DNA from: a virus
Virus record (IMG/VR): IMGVR_UViG_3300028422_001962
Span: 1 to 64,000 of that record
Strand: one strand, 5' to 3'
Length of the DNA: 64,000 nt
Positions 58,891 to 64,000 of the stretch are shown one piece after another; positions within the stretch are counted from its first letter, which is position 1, and the number at the start of each line of letters is the position of its first letter. Below the pieces are notes generated by a model, which was not told where the DNA came from, did no database searches, and saw only the letters and a list, made by a program, of their open reading frames with translations. Both the position numbers and the translations under genes were made by a program.

Positions 58891-59544
58891 ATGAAAAAAG
58901 GATTAACGGAATTAGTATTTATACTCGACAAAAGCGGATCGATGGGTGGATTAGAAACCGATACTATAGGTGGCTACAATACTATGCTTAAGAAGCAGCA
59001 GACGGTCGATGGCGAATGCCATATCACAACGGTGCTTTTTGATAACAACTACGAGCTACTCCACGACCGTATAGATATCAAGGCGGTCAGCCCAATCACC
59101 GAAAAGGAGTACCAAGTCGGCGGATCAACTGCGCTTCTTGACGCAATTGGGAGGACGATACACAAAATCGGCAATGCCCAGCAGCACACCGCCGACGATT
59201 ACCGTGCAGAAAAGGTCATGTTCGTCATCATCACCGACGGCGAGGAGAACAGCAGCCGCGAGTACAGCTCGGACAAAGTCAAGGCGCAGATTGAGCGGCA
59301 GAAGGCAAAATACGGTTGGGAGTTTATCTTCCTTGGCGCGAATATTGACGCTGTGCAGACAGCTTCGCGCTTCGGCATAGCACCCGACCGCGCTCAGAAT
59401 TATCACGCTGACAGCGAGGGCGTGGAACTCAACTTCCGTGTAATGAGCGAGGCTGTCGCCACCTTCCGAGAATGCGCCGCCATGCCGGAGGGTTGGAATG
59501 ACGAGATACAGAAGGACTATAAACGACGCGGCAGCAAGCGTTAA
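58891..59544 (+). CDS. vWA domain protein
   Basis: MIDAS DKSGSM, GSTALLDA, ITDG.EN. Confidence 0.9.
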   Translation: MKKGLTELVFILDKSGSMGGLETDTIGGYNTMLKKQQTVDGECHITTVLFDNNYELLHDRIDIKAVSPITEKEYQVGGSTALLDAIGRTIHKIGNAQQHTADDYRAEKVMFVIITDGEENSSREYSSDKVKAQIERQKAKYGWEFIFLGANIDAVQTASRFGIAPDRAQNYHADSEGVELNFRVMSEAVATFRECAAMPEGWNDEIQKDYKRRGSKR

Positions 59545-59581
59545 TAAGAGATGATCGTAGCCTACTGCGTAAGGAGAAAAT

Positions 59582-61342
59582 ATGAGTATTATAAAACATA
59601 ATTTATTGCCCAAGCAAAAGTCGCGTAAAAACCATCTTGAAGTTGAGGTAGATTTATATCCTTACGCATCAGAGCTATATGACGAATTGAATTCTTTGGG
59701 AATAATTCAAAGAATGAAAGAAATACCCCAGTTGGGAGTTATCAAGGTTCCGAAAAAGCTTGAAAAAAGCAGATACGATTATGTAATGCTGCAATTGTAC
59801 TTGCATCAGCTTATTAAAAATAAATTACAGAGTCAGTTAAGACTGACATATAACAATCCGGTAAAATCTTATGAATTCAGGCCTGATTACCATTACAATA
59901 CAAAAGAAGACAAGCCAACTATCGGTGATGTCCTTCAGCTACTTACAATCGTGTATAACATCGGCCATTTTTATAATACATTTACATCCTCACGAGCAGT
60001 CACAATGATGGCCACCGAAGATGATACATTTAAGAAAATGATTGTATCTGCTTCGACTGACAATAAATATGCACCTGTTGTAAATAAGCTACTTACAGAC
60101 AATGATTATCAACACTTTCACCTGATAAATTCTATTTTGATTTTGGAGCATTGCGACCAAGCTAAACAATCAGTAATACTGGCAAAGGAAATATTATATG
60201 CATACATAAACGAGAAGAGTTTACCCACTGAGAGTAAACTCGCATATGCATTTTCAGTTTTTAGAAATGTCCGCACCGTATCCTATATGGCGTATGATTT
60301 ACAAATTGCCAACACACCGCTTACTATAGATTTGTGTAATCAAGACGCCGTTCTGGTTTTGCTCAGGGAATTATTGTCAGAATATAACAATAGCAGGTCT
60401 TCATCCAGACTTATCGAATCAGTTAGCAAATTGCTGGATGATACGGTGTATAACGAAAACTCAAATGCTATCTGCTATTATAAAATATCAAGGAAAATCG
60501 TTTCATTCCTTCAAAGGAAAGAGTACTTCGAGGAAAGAAAATATTTCGATGATTTTTTTCTCAATAGAACGAGTTTATTAAATTGTTCCTATTCACACAA
60601 TAGAGATTACGTACAAGAGGCAATATTAAAGATTACTTTTCAACGAAGTGAAAGACATATATCTGAGGATACTTTTTTCACACTTGAACGCATTAATAAT
60701 ACTCGTGTTGGGTATTATGATCGACATACTGGTGAGCAAACGATACTGGTTTCTCTTAAAAAACATTGCGCTTCAAAGACTGCTGCTGCTCTTCATGTAT
60801 TAAGAACCGTAGTAGGTGCTCTGAGAAAAATTGAAGGTATCGCGCCAAATGATATCCGTTTTTTGCTATGCGTTAAATTCTTCTTGTTCTATTTATTTAA
60901 CGAAAATCCTGTTTTGATTAAGCCAACAATCGATGAACACACCTGCGTTATATGTACAAGAGGAAAAAACAGTCGAATAACTGAAGTCAAAAAACTTCTC
61001 AATGATGGGTGTGGAAATCCAGATCAAAATCATGAAGCGGCATTTATGGTTAATTGCTTAGAAGAAGATAAGCTGAATGATACTACAATATGTGTCCCCG
61101 CAAGTATAGTAGTTTATCAAAAAGATGCCGTTGGCCGAAAACTCTGTGAATTTGATGGAATCGTTATACGTCCTATGCGAAAGCAGAAACAAGTATTATT
61201 TCTTGAAGCTAAAAACACTACAGATAAGCCTTCACTTGCAAAAAATTGCTTAATCGAAAAATTAGATAAATTGTCATTTTCATATTCAGCAACTGATATC
61301 CAGACAGTTAATTATGATGCAGAATTAGAAGTTACAATCTAA
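59582..61342 (+). CDS. Inactive HD/dNTPase-like domain fused to PD-(D/E)XK nuclease
   Basis: QRMKEIPQLG..SRYDY..YNIGH..; C-terminal EFDGIV..FLEAK. Confidence 0.65.
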   Translation: MSIIKHNLLPKQKSRKNHLEVEVDLYPYASELYDELNSLGIIQRMKEIPQLGVIKVPKKLEKSRYDYVMLQLYLHQLIKNKLQSQLRLTYNNPVKSYEFRPDYHYNTKEDKPTIGDVLQLLTIVYNIGHFYNTFTSSRAVTMMATEDDTFKKMIVSASTDNKYAPVVNKLLTDNDYQHFHLINSILILEHCDQAKQSVILAKEILYAYINEKSLPTESKLAYAFSVFRNVRTVSYMAYDLQIANTPLTIDLCNQDAVLVLLRELLSEYNNSRSSSRLIESVSKLLDDTVYNENSNAICYYKISRKIVSFLQRKEYFEERKYFDDFFLNRTSLLNCSYSHNRDYVQEAILKITFQRSERHISEDTFFTLERINNTRVGYYDRHTGEQTILVSLKKHCASKTAAALHVLRTVVGALRKIEGIAPNDIRFLLCVKFFLFYLFNENPVLIKPTIDEHTCVICTRGKNSRITEVKKLLNDGCGNPDQNHEAAFMVNCLEEDKLNDTTICVPASIVVYQKDAVGRKLCEFDGIVIRPMRKQKQVLFLEAKNTTDKPSLAKNCLIEKLDKLSFSYSATDIQTVNYDAELEVTI

Positions 61343-61370
61343 AAATATGCTTTATTATATTGAGAACCCT

Positions 61371-61424
61371 CGCTAACGATTTATACTTGCGCTAACGAAA
61401 CCTAAACCTGCGCTAACGATTTAT
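61371..61424 (+). repeat. Three CGCTAACGA direct repeats
   Basis: At 61371, 61390 and 61411. Confidence 0.75.
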
Positions 61425-61496
61425 CCGGCAAATGAACACTGTATCAAAATTATCAGCCTTTGCCAACGGAGGCGGCGAGACTCTAACCCTATTATT

Positions 61497-61720
61497 GACT
61501 TGTTTCCGAGAACGGATTAAAACAAAATAAAAGTGTGGATATATTTCCACGAACGGAGATTATCCCAAAAACCATCATCGACCTATTCCCGAGAACGATA
61601 AATCAGCAAACCACATACCAGACATCAATATGATGCTATCGTTCCATGTGGAGAGTGTTGTATTGATAACAAGAAAAGATAGGTAAATGTTTAGAAAGCC
61701 TTGAAATAAAGGGGTTTCGA
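61497..61720 (+). repeat. att junction at right end of element 2
   Basis: Motifs at 61497, 61538 and 61580; ACATCAAT.TGATGCTATCGTTCCA core shared with 34160-34183. Confidence 0.85.
61645..61686 (+). pseudogene. rlmD: rlmD/rumA 3'-end fragment
   Basis: Encodes HVESVVLITRKDR*. Confidence 0.8.
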
Positions 61721-61910
61721 GGATAGGGTAGAAACTCTGGCTCTCGGATTTTTTTGCTGCCACCTCCTCCATCTCACCAAGCCATAGGAAAGTTAAGTAG
61801 CAAATATAATATATATTTATATAGCAAAGAGAAAAATATATATTATACATTGAAATGTTTATACAAATTTGATATACTTAATTCAAACCAATAACAGGGG
61901 AGTAAGGACG

Positions 61911-62879
61911 ATGGAAAAGAACAGCAGGCTTTTATGCCTTCTGCAGTTATTGCAAAGAGAAACTGATGAGGAGCATATGCTGACAACTTCGCAGCTCATA
62001 GCAAAACTTGCTGAGCTTGATATTTCATCCCATCGTGAAACAATAGCCTCGGATATTAAGCTGCTCCAAAATGCCGGTTATGATATTATCTGTAATAAAA
62101 GCACACAAAATAAATACTTTCTTGCAAGCCGTGAATTTGAACCAGTGGAACTTAAAATGCTTGCCGATGCGGTTAATGCGGCACAGTTTATTTCAGCAGA
62201 TAAATCTAAACAGCTCATAGATAAGCTTTTTTCATCTGTAAGTAAATATCTAGAGGAACAGCTTAAATGTTCTGTAAATTCTGCGAACCTCAACAAGCAT
62301 AACGGAAATTCATGCATATATTGTGCAGACCTAATAAACACCGCAATTGCTCAGGGTGTTAAGATAAAATTTCAATATTATGAGTATACGGCAAAAAAAG
62401 AAAAAGTGCTGAAGCATAATGGCTTCACATATACAGTTAGTCCATATGCGACAGTATGGAATGATGACCGCTATTATCTTGTCGGATATTGTGAAAAGCA
62501 TAAAGATATTACTGTTTTCAGAATTGACAGAATAACGAATATAGCGCTCACTAAGAATATCTCAAAGCCTTGTCCAGAAGATTTCTGCCTCAAGGCTTTC
62601 CTTTCACAGACATTTAAAATGTTTCATGGTGAGCTTTCTGAAGTGAATCTTAAATGTCATAGTAAGCATATGAAGGCAATTGTAGATAAGTTCGGGGATA
62701 ATGTTAAAACAGAAATAATTGATAAAAACTATTTTTCTGCAAAGGTTAACGTTGAACTCAGTCCAACGTTTTATAGCTGGATTTTTCAGTTCAAGGGAGA
62801 ACTTGGCATACAATCACCACAAAAAGCAATTGACGAATTTGTGCAAATGATAGAAAGCGTTAAACAGGTGTCGGAATAA
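61911..62879 (+). CDS. WYL-domain transcriptional regulator (wHTH-WYL-WCX)
   Basis: LQRETDEEH, VSPYA..W..DRYYL, FRIDRI. Confidence 0.9.
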   Translation: MEKNSRLLCLLQLLQRETDEEHMLTTSQLIAKLAELDISSHRETIASDIKLLQNAGYDIICNKSTQNKYFLASREFEPVELKMLADAVNAAQFISADKSKQLIDKLFSSVSKYLEEQLKCSVNSANLNKHNGNSCIYCADLINTAIAQGVKIKFQYYEYTAKKEKVLKHNGFTYTVSPYATVWNDDRYYLVGYCEKHKDITVFRIDRITNIALTKNISKPCPEDFCLKAFLSQTFKMFHGELSEVNLKCHSKHMKAIVDKFGDNVKTEIIDKNYFSAKVNVELSPTFYSWIFQFKGELGIQSPQKAIDEFVQMIESVKQVSE

Positions 62880-62897
62880 TCCGTCACCTGATTTTTT
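62865..62897 (+). promoter_or_regulatory. Palindrome at WYL gene end (operator or terminator)
   Basis: CAGGTGTCGGA-ATAA-TCCGTCACCTG then ATTTTTT; TTGACG follows. Confidence 0.5.
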
Positions 62898-62985
62898 GTC
62901 TATTGACGTAGGAACGTTTGTTTGATAATATATAAGCAGACGTTCACAGTAATGAGAACATAGCTCAAAGAAAGGGGTTAGCTAA

Positions 62986-63360
62986 ATGACTTTCGGCGAA
63001 TACATAAAAGAAAAACGTCTGGAAAAAGGCATTACACTGCGAGGTTTTGCAGAAATGATCGACATATCTCCAGTGTATATGTGCAACCTTGAAAAAGGCA
63101 GACGTGCGGCACCTAGTGAAGTTGTGCTGGAAAGCATATCATCAAAACTTATGCTCAGCAAAGAAGAAAAAGATATGCTTTATGATCTTGCATCAAAGGA
63201 ACAAACTGCTAAAAATCCTGTTCCGAAAGACCTTAATGGATTTCTTAAGGACAATAGAGTTATCGTTTCAGCACTCAGAACTGCAAAAGATCTTGACGCA
63301 ACAGACGAGGAGTGGCAAGAGTTTATTGACAAACTTAAAAACAGTCGTGAAAATCAATAG
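62986..63360 (+). CDS. Xre-family repressor
   Basis: FGEYIKEKR..TLRGFA..ISPVYMCNLEKGRR; homolog of 15323-15715. Confidence 0.9.
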   Translation: MTFGEYIKEKRLEKGITLRGFAEMIDISPVYMCNLEKGRRAAPSEVVLESISSKLMLSKEEKDMLYDLASKEQTAKNPVPKDLNGFLKDNRVIVSALRTAKDLDATDEEWQEFIDKLKNSRENQ

Positions 63361-63378
63361 AAAGGACAAGCAAAATAT

Positions 63379-63981
63379 ATGGGAGATATCTGTTATAGAA
63401 AAAGCACATTGGATTTAATAGCAAATAAATTACTAAAGAATTATCAGCATGGTAAATTTCTATATGGTGATCCACAGTCTGTTCCGATAGAACAGATAAT
63501 AGAGCTTGAATACGGACTTAATATTGAATATGTCTGCCTTAGAAAAAATGGAACTGTTCTCGGACAAACTGTGTTTGAAAACTGCTTTGTGCCTTTTTAT
63601 GATAGTGACAATGAGCAGTACAGTATTATGGAAGTTCAGTCAGGAACGATACTCGTTGATATTTCTCTACTTGAGGACGAAAACAGCGGTAGGCTGAGAT
63701 ATACTCTTGCACATGAACTCGCACATTGGCTTATTCATCAGAAAATATATGAAAATTCACAGCAGTCAGCGGCTAAAGTTGATGGAAATATTGACTGTCA
63801 AACCGAATGGCAGGCTGATACTCTCGCTGCTTCAATTCTTATGCCGAGAATGCAGATTAAAAAAGCCTTCTACAAGACTTTAAATTTATCTGCAAAAGGA
63901 AAAATATCATATATGGCAGAGCTTTTCGATGTTTCAAAGCAAGCAATGTCAATTTGCCTTAAAACACACAACATGATATAG
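63379..63981 (+). CDS. ImmA/IrrE-family metallopeptidase
   Basis: TLAHELAHW, EWQAD.LAASILMP, LFDVSKQA. Confidence 0.9.
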   Translation: MGDICYRKSTLDLIANKLLKNYQHGKFLYGDPQSVPIEQIIELEYGLNIEYVCLRKNGTVLGQTVFENCFVPFYDSDNEQYSIMEVQSGTILVDISLLEDENSGRLRYTLAHELAHWLIHQKIYENSQQSAAKVDGNIDCQTEWQADTLAASILMPRMQIKKAFYKTLNLSAKGKISYMAELFDVSKQAMSICLKTHNMI

Positions 63982-64000
63982 CTGTAAACAAATACTAATT

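Larger units (their letters stand above)
34182..61644. mobile_element. Element 2: degenerate PhiM46.1-like prophage / defence island
   Basis: Bounded by two rlmD att junctions; retains sigma gene and truncated serine recombinase; phage core absent. Confidence 0.8.

Noticed and set aside
1-64000. tRNA/rRNA genes, reverse transcriptase, antibiotic resistance genes
   Set aside because: None recognised by eye; not formally excluded without tRNAscan or HMM searches

Overview
Firmicutes (Clostridia-like) accessory region made of tandem elements integrated at the 3' end of rlmD/rumA (23S rRNA m5U methyltransferase). Two junctions (~34030-34320 and ~61495-61720) each end in a spare rlmD C-terminal coding piece (HVETVVLITR / HVESVVLITR). 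Element 1 (<1-34181) is a PhiM46.1/PhiSsUD.1-like prophage: DNA methylases, TerS, HNH, SNF2, VRR-NUC, VirE primase-helicase, BRO antirepressor, PolA, SSB, sigma-like factor and ImmA/Xre switch. An IS30 with an unusually long 15-16 bp target duplication follows, then defence cargo: SNF2, type III RM, SbcDC, PLD nuclease and a helicase-nuclease. Element 2 (34182-61644) is a related prophage that has lost almost its whole phage body, leaving a 22-codon fusion scar and a truncated serine recombinase. It keeps an SPFH/membrane/zinc-ribbon-TPR operon, an AbiH/SIR2-like gene, a RloC-like ATPase, type I RM, EVE-McrBC, macrodomain/vWA genes and a catalytically dead HD-domain nuclease. A WYL-Xre-ImmA module starts a probable third element. 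Best novelty candidates: (1) an overlapping gene pair (41535-43086) with matching G-N-N-N amyloid/RHIM-like motifs at the C-terminus of one protein and the N-terminus of the next; (2) the dead dNTPase-fold plus nuclease fusion; (3) type III RM coupled to SbcCD; (4) the SPFH operon. All family assignments come from motif recognition by eye; no searches were run.
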